Part shown: one piece after another, positions 1 to 13,400 of the stretch
Layout of the letters: each line of letters opens with the position of its first letter
Position numbering within the stretch: the stretch's first letter is position 1
NCBI GenBank assembly: GCA_950097015.1
Contig: CATNEN010000024.1
Span: forward strand, 7,062,576-7,126,575
Reading direction: 5' to 3'
From: Macrostomum hystrix
Lineage: Eukaryota; Animalia; Platyhelminthes
Length of the DNA: 64,000 bases
The notes under the pieces: generated by a model
Database searches by the model: none
What the model saw: the letters and a program-made list of their open reading frames with translations, nothing else
What the model was told of the DNA's origin: nothing
Program-made: the position numbers and the translations under genes

Positions 1-591
1 TGAATGTACAAGTGTACACTGATGACTCATTAATCTGCTAGCATTGAATCTCTGTCCGTGAATGTACAAGTGTACACTGATGACTCATCAATCTGCTAGC
101 ATTGAATCTCTCCCCGTGAATGTACAAGTGTACACTGATGACTCATCAATCTGCTAGCATTGAATCTCTGTCCGTGAATGTACAAGTGTACACTGATGAC
201 TCATCAATCTGCTAGCATTGAATCTCTGTCCGTGAATGTACAAGTGTACACGGATGACTCATCAATCTGCTAGCATTGAATCTCTCCCCGTGAATGTACA
301 AGTGTACACTGATGACTCATCAATCTGCTAGCATTGAATCTCTGTCCGTGAATATACAAGTGTACACGGATGACTCATCAATCTGCTAGCATTGAATCTC
401 TCCCCGTGAATGTACAAGTGTACACTGATGACTCATCAATCTGCTAGCATTGAATCTCTGTCCGTGAATGTACAAGTGTACACTGATGACTTATCAACCT
501 GCTAGCATTGCATCTCTCCCCGTGAATGTACAAGTGTACACTGATGACTCATCAATCTGCTAGCATTAAATCTCTGTCCGTGAATGTACAC
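1..591. repeat. 58-bp tandem repeat, 10 full copies plus a partial (probably continues left of the window)
   Basis: Unit tgaatgtacaagtgtacactgatgactcatcaatctgctagcattgaatctctgtccg recurs at 1, 59, 117 ... 523. Confidence 0.97.
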
Positions 592-1041
592 TCATGTCTC
601 ATGGCTAATGTCGAAACCATTGTCAACAAATTTGCTTTGATGAATCAGTGAAGTAAAGTTTTAGTTAACGTTAATATCAGTTTCACAACGAAAAATAAGA
701 AAGAATGATATAATTGTCGGTGGTTATGCAAAAGCAAACGAGACAAATGCACGACAAATATTTGACGAAAAGCTTTTACGATTAATCGCTTTAGCGACGA
801 AAAATTTTTTTCTTGAAATACAATTTTAACGTTTCGCTACGACATGATAAGCATTGAGTGTATAACAAGCTGCAGAAACTAGAAACTGACAGAGATAAAC
901 ATGTTTGTTATAATATACGAGCCATATCAGTTCCACTTTCCAACACAAAAATAGCATCGAATGACCAACAAACTCATCTTTAAACTGAAAAAGAAAATTT
1001 AAAACAGACTTGCAATTTTCTCTTAAAAACCCTCTTGAAGG

Positions 1042-4000
1042 TCACTGCGGCAACGTCTTCAGGACGTTGTGCACCTCCTCAGCGATAGCCGATACAACGA
1101 ACTCAAACTGGTCCTGTTATGAATGAAGTGAAAGGTTTACAGTAACATGCCTGCTGTGCTGAGTGAGGATTGCTGTGCTGAATGAGGATTGCTGTGCTGA
1201 ATGAGGATTGCTGTGCTGAATGAGGATTGCTGTGCTGAATGAGGATTGCAGTGCTGAATGAGGATTGCTGTGCCGAATGAGGATTGCTGTGCTGAGTGAG
1301 GATTGCTGTGCTGAATGAGGATTGCTGTGCTGAATGAGGATTGCAGTGCTGAATGAGGGAGGTTACAGTACTGAATGAGGGAGGTTGCAGTACTGAATGA
1401 GGGAGGTTGCAGTACTGAATGAGGGAGATTGTAGTACTCAATGAGGAGATTGTAGTACTGAATGAGGGAGATTGCAGTACTGAATGAGGGAGATTGCAGT
1501 ACTGAATGAGGGAGATTGCAGTACTGAATTAGGAGGTTGCAGTACTGAATGAGGAGATTGTAGTACTGAATGAGGGAGATTGCAGTACTGAATGAGGAGG
1601 TTGTAGTACTGAATGAGGGAGGTTGCAGTACTGAATGAGGGAGGTTGCAGTACTAAATGAGGGAGGTTGCAGTACTGAATGAGGGAGGTTGCAGTACTAA
1701 ATGAGGGAGATTGCAGTACTGAATGAGGGAGGTTGCAGTACTGAATGAGGGAGGTTGCAGTACTGAATGAGGGAGATTGCAGTACTGAATAAGGAGGTTG
1801 CAGTGCTGAATGAGGAGGTTGTAGTACTGAATGAGGAGGTTGTAGTACTGAATGAGGAGGTTGTAGTACTGAATTAGGAGGTGGCAGTACTGAATGAGGG
1901 AGATTGCAGTACTGAATGAGGGAGATTGCAGTACTGAATGAGGGAGATTGCAGTACTGAATGAGGGAGATTGCAGTACTGAATGAGGGAGATTGCAGTAC
2001 TGAATGAGGGAGATTGCAGTACTGAATTAGGAGGTTGCAGTACTGAATGAGGAGATTGCAGTACTGAATGAGGGAGATTGCAGTACTGAATGAGGAGGTT
2101 GCAGTGCTGAATGAGGAGATTGTAGTACTGAATGAGGGAGGTTGTAGTACTGAATGAGGAGGTTGTAGTACTGAATGAGGAGGTTGTAGTACTGAATGAG
2201 GGAGGTTGTACTACTGATTGTGAGTGTAAATGTCTTAAAGTACTTCGCAGGCTCACCCGAGTCTTCACCAGTCCAGGCCTTTGATCCCGCAGGTGTTCGA
2301 GGCTGGCGGCCAGGTCGATCTCCTTGACGCCCTTGGCGATGCGGGCGAGTGCAAGGTCCAGCAGGCAGTAGGTGCCTGAACGGCCGCAGCCGTCGCTGCA
2401 GTGAATCACCAGAGGCGAGGTGCGGCCTTTGAAGGACTTGTTCACCTTGCTGCGGGTGTGACAGGCGGTGGATGAGTCTATCAGCGAAAAAATATAATAA
2501 TGAAAAAATAGAGTTAAAAATGTGAATATTACAGTAACCATGGATCAACTGGGATAAACCTGAGTCATCCGGGGATAAACCTGGGTCAACTAGGATAAAC
2601 CTGGGTCAACTAGGATAAACCTGGGTCAACTGGGATAAACCAGGATCAACTAGGATAAACCTGGATCAACTGGGATAAACCTGGGTCATCCGGGGATAAA
2701 CCTGGGTCAACTAGGATAAACCTGGGTCAAATAGGATAACCCTGGGTCAACTGGATTAAACCAGGATCAACTAGGATAAAACTGGGCCAACTAGGATAAA
2801 CCTGGGTCAACTAGGATAAACCTGGGTCATCCGGGGATAAACCTGGGTCATCCGGTGATAAACCTGGGTCAACTGGGATAAACCTGGGTCAACTAGGATA
2901 ACTGGGTCAACTGGGATAAACCTGGGTCATCCGGGGATAAACCTGGATCAACTGGGATAAACCTGGGTCAACTAGGATAAACCTGGGTCAACTGGAATAA
3001 ACCTGGGTCATCCGGGGATGAACCTGGGTCAGCCATCTCACCGACGGAAGTCCAGCAGAGCCTTGGCACTGCGCGGCAGGCCGGCCTCCTCCCAGGTGAG
3101 GAAGTGAAACATGGTGACGGTGCGCGCCTCGCCACTGTCCAAATTCTTCAGGTAGAAGTTGCGCACCAGAAAGTCTTCGAACCAGACGTGCTCGGAAACC
3201 AGGTGGACCTGGGTTGTAGCAAACAAGGGAAATCTGTGAACAGGGGATATCTGTGAACAGCGAAATCTGTGAACGGGGGAAATCTGTGAACGGGGGACAT
3301 CTATGAACAGGGGAAATCTGTGAGCAGGGGAAATCTGTGAACAAGGGACATTTATGAACAGGGGAAATCTGTGAACAAGGGAAATCTGTGAACATGGGAA
3401 ATCTGTGAGCAGGGGAAATCTGTGAACAAGGGACATTTATGAAGAGGGGAAATCTGTGAACAGATGAAATCTGTGAACAAGGGAAATCTGTGAACGGGGG
3501 AAATCTGTGAACGGGGGAAATCTGTGAACAGGGGAAATCAGTGCACAGGGGAAATCTGTGAACAAGGGAAATCTGTGAACAAGGGAAATCTGTGAACGGG
3601 GAACATCTGTGAACAGGGGAAATCTGTGAGCAGGGAAAATCTGTGAACAAGGGAAATCTGTGAACAAGGGAAATCTGTGAACGGGGGACATCTGTGAACA
3701 AGGGAAATCTGTGAACAAGGGAAATCTGTGAACAAGGGAAATCTGTGAACAAGGGAAATCTTTGAACAAGGGAAATCTGTGAACAAGGGAAATCTGTGAA
3801 CAAGGGAAATCTGTGAACAGGGGAAATCTGTGAACAAGGGAAATCTGTGAACGGGGGAAATCTGTGAACAAGGGAGATCTGTGAACAGGGAGATCTGTGA
3901 ACAAGGGACATCTGTGAACAAGGGAAATCTGTGAAAAAGGGAGATCTGTGAACAAGGGACATCTGTGAACAGGGGAAATCTGTGAAAGGAGGAGTATATA

Positions 4001-7000
4001 AAATATTGAATCCTGTAGCACATAATCTAATAAAGCGGTGTTGAATCGCACCTCAAACCTGTTGAACAGCTTGGAGCCCTCAGCCGGCCAGTACATGACG
4101 CTCTGTTCATTAGCGCCAACACTGGCCAGGTTCACGATCGTCACGGAGCAGCACTCCCACAGCATCTGCCAGAAGTCGGCAGCTGTTGAATCCGTGGGTC
4201 CCTGGGCCAGGATGTAGGCCTTAACCCTCGGGTCGGAGTCGTAGATGTAGCTGGCGTTGATGTAGTCTCCGCCAGTTGCGTTCAGTTCGCGCTTCAGTAT
4301 CACCCGTGAATGGTCGTCTGCGCCCGAAAATGACAATAGAAGCCTTTTTAAGAGCTACTGACAGTAGTTAAGGAAGATTACCAACCTAATTCTTGCATTC
4401 TTGGGTTAGCAAGAAAAATTAAACAATTAGTTGTCGCTATGCTCACAGACCCAGTGTAGTTAACCAAATTGAAAATCACAGATTATACGAGTAAAAATGA
4501 CCCTAAAAACGTTTCACTCACACGGCAGAAGGTCCTGGAATCGATTCTTGGCCGCATTCTCCGGGGTAGCGCCAGCGATAGATGAGCTCTGTTCGGCCTC
4601 GTATGAGCACAGATCGGCCCATTCCTGCTCAAGCTTCTCCTTGCTACTCAGATAGTTCTCCATGTAACTCTGGGTTCGGCGGTGTGTGGGATCTCGTCTG
4701 TTCATGTGTGGGATCTCGTCTGTTCATGTGTGGGATCTCGTCTGTTCATGTGTGGGATCTCGTTTGTTCATGTGTGGGATATTGTCTGTTCATGTGTGGG
4801 ATCCCGTCTGTTCATGTGTGGGATCTCGTCTGTTCATGTGTGGGATCTCGTCTGTTCATGTGTGGGATCTCGTCTGTTCATGTGTGGGATCTCGTTTGTT
4901 CATGTGTGGGATATTGTCTGTTCATGTGTGGGATCCCGTCTGTTCATGTGTGGGATCTCGTCTGTTCATGTGTGGGATCTCGTCTGTTCATGTGTGGGAT
5001 CTCGTCTGTTCATGGGTGGGATCTCTTCTGTTCATGTGTGGGATATCGTCTGTTCATGTGTGGGATCTCGACTGTTCATGTGTGGGATCTTGACTGTTCA
5101 TGTGTGGGATCTCGTCTGTTCATGTGTGGGATCTCGTCTGTTCATGGGTGGGATCTCTTCTGTTCATGTGTGGGATATCGTCTGTTCATGTGTGGGATCT
5201 CGACTGTTCATGTGTGGGATCTCGTCTGTTCATGTGTGGGATCTCGTCTGTTCATGGGTGGGATCTCTTCTGTTCATGTGTGGGATATCGTCTGTTCATG
5301 TGTGGGATCTCGTCTGTTCATGTGTGGGATATCGTCTGTTCATGTGTGGGATCTTGTCTGTTCATGTGTGGGATCTCGTCTGTTCATGGGTGGGATCTCT
5401 TCTGTTCATGTGTGGGATATCGTCTGTTCATGTGTGGGATCTTGTCTGTTCATGTGTGGGATCTCGTCTGTTCATGGGTGGGATCTCTTCTGTTCATGTG
5501 TGGGATCTTGTCTGTTCATGTGTGGGATCTCGTCTGTTCATGGGTGGGATCTCTTCTGTTCATGTGTGGGATATCGTCTGTTCATGTGTGGGATCTCGTC
5601 TGTTCATGTGTGGGATCTCGTCTGTTCATGTGTGGGATCTCGTCTGTTCATGTGTGGGATCTCGTCTGTTCATGTGTGGGATCCCGTCTGTTCATGTGTG
5701 GGATTTCGTGGGCATTGGTGGGCACAATTGGCAACCAGAGGACTCACCAGAATGAGGTGTCCAGTAGTAATATCCATGTCAGTTGTGATTGGGTCATCAC
5801 TCCTGTTCAATTGTGGAGAAGGTCAATTGATAAGTCTTTGAGAAAAATGTGCGAAAAAGTGTTAATTAAAATAATCAGACACTTCATTAACACTCGTAGA
5901 GAGAAAACAATTATTGAGCAGAAAAAATCATGCGCAAAACACTCTACCTACAAGTAAGCCGAGAATGATATGCGAAGTATTTTTTGTTCTATCAATCAAG
6001 TTAAATTGCACACATAAAAAGAGCCAAATGATTGATTGAAAAATAGCAAAAATTTAATCGAATCAATCAGAGCTGTTTAATTGTTGAATAATCAAATTCC
6101 GAAGCAAACTATGCTTGACCAAAGAGACCTGACATGCAGAATGAACTTCATCCGTTTCTGATCGGCAACTGGCCATGCAGCTGAGTACATTCTCTGCGTG
6201 TCACTGGGTTGACGCGTGACAAGATAGCTTTGTAAACTGATACGTATTTTCCATGACAAATTCTTAGATAGCCATTTAGAAATCGATTATCGGGCAGGTT
6301 AATTGTTACTCGCTACTAGTAACTTACTAGTAACAAAAGTTACTAAATGATACAATATATTAATAAGTAATTAGTAACTGGAATTAAAAACTCGACAATC
6401 CTATTTACTGCTGATCATAAGCAGGGGAACACGGGGGTTGCAGAGCGGTTCAACCCGATTGTCTCTCGCACCAAGGCCGCATTCATCTGGTGCGGAGCCG
6501 CGGAGAGAAGGCTTGGGGGGCTTGTCGTGCAATTAACCGTCCTTGAGGGCCAACCCCCAAGGCAAAGTGAGAGTGTACACTGCCTGAAGATGAGAAAGTC
6601 AGGGCAGATGTACACACCTGTGTGCGCGTGTGCCTGCTTACGGTATCTGTGTGCGAGTGTGCTCAGGAGTCAGCGGTATGGGCAGAATTGCCTCCTCGCT
6701 GGCTGCGGGTCTAGTGTCACCAAATGATGTGCCATTGCCCGCAGCCCTCCTGCAAATATTTCATCGGTATTAATACGATATTAATACGATATTAATAGTA
6801 CGATATACGATATTAATTAATTAATACGTATTATCGGGGGGACGCGGATTTGTAACAGTGGAAATTGTTTTAAGTTGAATCCAAAGGCTGTGTACAGCTG
6901 TTCAGTCCATAGACTGGGAGGGGCTGCCACAACCACTGATATTTCTACCCCAGAAAATAATGAGACCCAATGTACAGCTGGATTAACTGAAGCACTAGCG

Positions 7001-10000
7001 AGTTATGGTTCTGGCACAATAACTAAATTCGTTTTCTTTAGAGGCTGAGACTCGAACTCTAGATGTTTTGGGCCTTCAAATTTAAGCAGCTCACCACGAG
7101 CCAGTTGAACTGTTCGGCGAGCCTCCAGTTGTCTTCTTGGCCGCGGCAGCCGTTGAAGCCAGGTGCTGGGCGGCGGACGCGGACACGGGTTCGCTCCCCA
7201 GACGGCCAGCTCCGACAGAGGCGGCTTTGTCGGCCATCCTCTGTCGCCAGAGGTCCTTGTAGTCGCTGCTGTCGCAAACCCCAGTCGAGGAGGTCATGTC
7301 TCGCAGTTTCTTCTTCGAGGATCGAAATCTTTGCACAATGAACAGCGCGAACAGAGCCAAGATCATCACCATGACGAGTCCGCAGACCAGCAGGGTAGTG
7401 GTCACCCGGCTGTGCTCACTCCAGCTGGAGCTCAGCTCTGAGGCAGACATTCGGCTTTGCTGCGGAAACCAGCCCAGCTCTGTTAAATACTCACCTGCGC
7501 ACTCAGTGTCCATCCTTATAGCACTGGACACGATCTTCTATATACCTCTTCAAGTCAGTGCCATTCTCTCAGCCAGTCAGTGCCATTCTCTCAGCCAGTC
7601 AGTGCCATTCTCTCAGCCAGTCATTGCCATTCTCTCAGCCAGTCATTGCCATTCTCTCAGCTAGTCATTGCCATTCTCTCAGCCAGTCATTGCCATTCTC
7701 TCAGCCAGTCATTGCCATTCTCTCAGCTAGTCATTGCCATTCTCTCAGCTAGTCATTGCCATTCTCTCAGCTAGTCATTGCCATTCTCTCAGCCAGTCAG
7801 TGCCATTCTCTCAGCCAGTCAGTGCCATTCTCTCAGCCAGTCAGTGCCATTCTCTCAGCCAGTCAGTGCCATTCTCTCAGCCAGTCATTGCCATTCTCTC
7901 AGCCAGTCATTGCCATTCTCTCAGCTAGTCATTGCCATTCTCTCAGCCAGTCAGTGCCATTCTCTCAGCCAGTCAGTGCCATTCTCTCAGCCAGTCAGTG
8001 CCATTCTCTCAGCTAGTCATTGCCATTCTCTCAGCTAGTCATTGCCATTCTCTCAGCCAGTCATTGCCATTCTCTCAGCCAGTCAGTGCCATTCTCTTAG
8101 CCAATCAGTGCCATTCTCTCAGCTAATAATTGCCATTCTCTCAGCCAAACATTGTCATTCTCTCTCAGCCAATCAGTATCATTCTTTCTCAGCCAATCAG
8201 TATCTTTCTCTCTCAGCCAATCAGTATCTTTCTCTCTCAGCCAATCAGTATCTTTCTCTCTCAGCCAATCAGTGTCATTCTCTCTCAGCTAATCAGTCTA
8301 CACTTCGTACATCCCAAAGTAGTTAGAAATTGTGAATGGCGATCACCTGTCTGCCAAAGCCGTATCTGGTCCAGCCGAAGCTGGCACCCGTAGTTGTCAA
8401 GCTGAACTTCAGGTTGTCTGAAATATGAAATTCGGTCATTTGGAATTACGCGTATATATAGTTTCTGAACTTTTAAAACCTAGGAATAAAAGCTCAGTAT
8501 TGTCATCTCAACTTTGATACAACCGTGGGATCTACAATTTGATGGCTCTTTTCGCAAAAACCATTATCTCAGTTCACACCCTCATTATCTCAGTTCACAC
8601 CCTCATTATCTCAGTTCACACCCTCATTATCTCAGTTCACACCCTCATTATCGCAGTTCACACCCTCATTATCGCAGTTCACACCCTCATTATCGCAGTT
8701 CACACCCTCATTATCGCAGTTCACACACTCATTGTCTCAGTTCACACCCTCATTATCTCCGTTCACACCCTCATTATCTCCGTTCACACCCTCATTATCA
8801 CAGTTCACACCCTCCTAAAATGAGCGGGTAACAAAATCTCAGAAAAGTGCATTGCTCAGCTCACCAAGCAGCTTGCCCACATCAGCAGGTGAGGCACTGC
8901 TGACCAAGCGGAAAAGGCCCTCATTCGCTTCGGGATTAATTCTGGAAAAAAACAGCGCGCTTGCAGCTTCCAGTGCGTATGCGAAGCAGGACAAATCATG
9001 CCAAACCTGAAGTGCTTCTCAAGAAGACGTCTGCCAGCTCTATTGTTGACCTCGGATACAAATTTGTCCAACAGTGATTCGCTAAGCCTGTATTGGACAC
9101 AGATGCATTGGATCCAGTTAGAACAGAGTGTGGGATCCAGTTAGAACAGGGTGTGGGATCCGGTTAGAACAGGGTGTGGGATTTAGTTAGAACAGGGTGT
9201 GGGATCCAGCTGGAACAGGGTGTGGGATTTAGTTAGAACAGGGTGTGGGATCCAGTTAGAACAGGGTGTGGGATCCAGTTAGAACAGGGTGTAGGATCCA
9301 GTTAGAACAGGGTGTAGGATCCAGTTAGAACAGGGTGTGGGATCCAGTTAGAACAGGGTGTAGGATCCAGTTAGAACAGGGTGTGGGATCCAGTTAGAAC
9401 AGGGTGTGGGATCCAGTTAGAACAGGGTGTAGGATCCAGTTAGAACAGGGTGTAGGATCCAGTTAGAACAGGGTGTGGGATCCAGTTAGAACAGGGTGTA
9501 GGATCCAGTTAGAACAGGGTGTGGGATCCAGTTAGAACAGGGTGTGGGATCCAGTTAGAACAGGGTGTAGGATCCAGTTAGAACAGGGTGTGGGATCCAG
9601 TTAGAACAGGGTGTGGGATCCAGTTAGAACAGGGTGTGGGATCCAGTTAGAACAGGGTGTGGGATCCAGTTAGAACAGGGTGTGGGATCCAGTTAGAACA
9701 GGGTGTAGGATCCAGTTAGAACAGGGTGTGGGATCCAGTTAGAACAGGGTGTGGGATCAGAACTCACTCGGGTGTGCTGAACTGTATCCAGAGGTAGCGG
9801 CCATCCACAAATGCGGCAGAGTGTGTTCCTCTCTTGTCAGGCGCATTCTCAACTGTCTGTGATGACGTCACTGGAGCGCCAGTCATCGCGGACTCCTTTG
9901 ATCTCGCCGCCGCGAACCGCTGTGTGACCTCGTGGGCGCCAGAACGCTGCGCGGTGGTTTCAAAATCCTCGGTCAGCACAGCCCTGATTGCGTCAGCTAA

Positions 10001-10338
10001 GGCGGAGGACTTCTGCTGGCCTTAAATAAACATTTCCGACACTGGTTAAACCTCATTTAGAACCTCAGACAAAACCTCATACCAAGCCTTCTATAGATTC
10101 TAAAACCATGAACTTTCTGAAGTCCTGATGCAACCTCGACATTAACCCATAGAACATCAGAACCTCCCATACAACACAAGAACGTCCCGTACAACATAAG
10201 AATCTCCTATAGATATTTGCGTGATTGCTTTTCCTGCAATGGGATTCGGGACTCCGGGACTAGACGGAGTGGAAAATGGGATTACTAGGCATGTACGCTC
10301 GTAGGACTAAACGTGACGGCAAAAGAACTGATTGTGTT

Positions 10339-10411
<73 letters not shown>

Positions 10412-13400
10412 GGATAGATAGATAGATAGACAGATAGATAGATAGACAGATAGATAGATAGATAGATGGATAGATAGCACCAGCCAACCACGCAGTGCTT
10501 CCGGCATCAGCAGCACTCAGCACCACCCAGAAAAGGCCTTCGCAGGACCATTCCCATCTGAGTTTAGGACAGCACTTTGCACTCAACTGTCAGCAACTCC
10601 AGTGTGACACGCGCAAACAGCCGAAATGGATGCCGCATTCTTGCAGCTATTTAAATCGAGGCTTCCCACGCATTGCAATACATTTTAGTCCAGACTTCAG
10701 CCCACAGCGAGACAGTTCTCAGACTAGCAAACAAAGCATTTCAGCTCTCGCTGCTCTGCTCTGTTTGTCTTAGTTAGATTCTGAAATTCTTGAAATCCAT
10801 CAGCTGTTCTTAGCATTATCCACTTTCTACTGCTCAACTTGTGTCACTTACGATTCACCCAGTCGTGATCCACCCAGTTATGACCCACCCAGTCGTGATC
10901 CACCCAGTTATGACCCACCCAGTCGTGATCCACCCAGTCGTGATCCACCCAGTCGTGATCCACCCAGTCGTGATCCACCCAGTTATGACCCACCCAGTCG
11001 TGATCCACCCAGTTATGACCCACCCAGTCGTGATCCACCCTGTTATAACCCACCTAGTCGTGATCCACCCAGTTATGACCCACCCAGTCGTGACCCACCC
11101 AGTCGTGACCCACCCAGTCGTGACCCACCCATTTATGACCCACCCAGTCGTGACCCACCCAGTTATGACCCACCCAGTCGTGACCCACCCAGTTATGACC
11201 CACCCAGTCGTGATCCACCCAGTCGTGATCCACCCAGTCGTGACCCACCCAGTCGTGATCCACCCAGTCGTGATCCACCCAGTCGTGATCCACCCAGTCG
11301 TGATCCACCCAGTTATGACCCACCCAGTCGTGATCCACCCAGTCGTGACCTACCAAGTTATGACCCACCCAGTCGTGATCCACCCAGTCGTGACCCACCC
11401 AGTCGTGATCCACCCAGTCGTGATCCACCCAGTCGTGATCCACCCAGTCGTGACCCACCCAGTCGTGACCCACCCAGTCGTGACCCACCCAGTCGTGATC
11501 CATCCATTTATGACCCACCCAGTCGTGACCCACCCAGTTATGACCCACCCAGTCGTGACCCACCCAGTCGTGACCCACCCAGTTATGACCCACCCAGTCG
11601 TGACCCACCCAGTCGTGATCCACCCAGTTATGACCCACCCAGTCGTGATCCACCCAGTTATGACCCACCCAGTCGTGATCCACCCAGTTATGACCCACCC
11701 AGTCGTGATCCACCCAGTTATGACCCACCCAGTCGTGACCCACCCAGTCGTGACCCACCCAGTTATGACCCACCCAGTCGTGACCCACCCAGTCGTGATC
11801 CACCCAGTTATGACCCACCCAGTCGTGATCCACCCAGTCGTGACCCACCCAGTCGTGATCCACCCAGTCGTGATCCACCCAGTCGTGATCCACCCAGTCG
11901 TGATCCACCCAGTTATGACCCACCCAGTCGTGACCCACCCAGTCGTGATCCACCCAGTCGTGATCCACCCAGTCGTGATCCACCCAGTTATGACCCACCC
12001 AGTTATGACCCACCCAGTTATGACCCACCCAGTTATGACCCACCCAGTCGTGATCCACCCAGTTATGACCCACCCAGTCGTAATCCACCCAGTTATGACC
12101 CACCCAGTCGTAATCCACCCAGTTATGACCCACCCAGTCGTGATCCACCCAGTTATGACCCACCCAGTCGTGATCCACCCAGTTATGACCCACCCAGTTA
12201 TGACCCACCCAGTTATGACCCACCCAGTCGTGATCCACCCAACCTACTACTCAGTTAGGACCCACTGACAGCAGTATAAAGATGAAATATTTCAGGCCAA
12301 CAATTCGTTCGTCTCTGTCACCCCAAATCCTCAATTCCCAAATGGGGAATGGCTAGACTGTCAAGCTTTCATACTCAACCCACATCCAAGCAATGTCGCC
12401 CTGCCACACTCAAATCCGGACATGTCAGGATAAATTAAAAGCATAAAGACATGGCAAGGAAAAATAAGAGGCGGAGAGGGCAGAGATATTGGATAGCCGA
12501 GAAAGAAAATATGTACTTTTAGTCAGCTAGATATACAAGTTTGTATATTCAGAGATAAACAGGACTCAAGGCCGAGGCTGCTGCTGACACAAGAGTTAAA
12601 ATATTCGCTGGTCGCTGGTAATTCAAACATGCGCCGTTAAGACAAAGGGGATTAAAATCCCTGAGGATTAATCTTTTAGCCAGGTAGGAGCGAGCACAAT
12701 TTTTTTCCTCCTCACCTCGACTATGCGACGCGTGATAGAGAATTTGAGTGCCCCTTAATTAATTTGCTCCACCTGCCGGACTGATGGGGGGACCAGCTGC
12801 ACAGGGTCGGTTAGTTGGGCAGTAGTTGAGGATCTTGAGTAGTTGCTCAACCCGGGTGCTCGTACAATGTGCCACCTGGCACCTATATTCACTAGTGCCT
12901 GTCCACTGCACCGTGGCTCACTGGTCAACTAGTTGCCATAGCAACGGTGCAATAAAAAGTGAACGGACATTCCCCTTACACACACAGGATGCACACCTGC
13001 ACTGAATGTTAGGGGTCTTGGATTCGGCTCTGATAGCAGTTACTTGAACTACTAAGTAAACTTAGGGGCAAATATACGAAATTATTCAGCATCAGTCACA
13101 TTAAGTAACCCCAAAATTGGGGGCTGCGTTTTGCTAGTCTAACTGAAATCGACAAGCTGACAGGTTTCCGCAAGGGCTTGAAGAACAGCGAAAGCCCCTT
13201 AAATGAGAAATAAGCACCTCCTAAAACTAATTAATCTCGGAATCCGCGGACCACCTTTGACCACTTGCCCGATTTAATTTTGCAATTCCCAGACTAGAAA
13301 ATTCACCCAGTCCACTAACCAGCTCCTCTGTTGACGTCATCGTCCAAAGTCAAGCCGTCGAATCTGGAATCACTGTCGACAACTCGTGCCCGCTTGCCCT

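Noticed and set aside
4582-5957. Cys-rich [15 protein letters not shown] ORFs (and similar repeat ORFs at 1.1-4.0 kb and 7.5-8.8 kb)
   Set aside because: Translations of stop-free minisatellite units within PTPRN introns.
10841-12268. His-rich (HPVVT)n 475-aa ORF and (DHDWV)n antisense ORFs
   Set aside because: 15-bp minisatellite in intron 4. Exon 4 splices in phase directly to exon 5, and both candidate sense frames contain stops.
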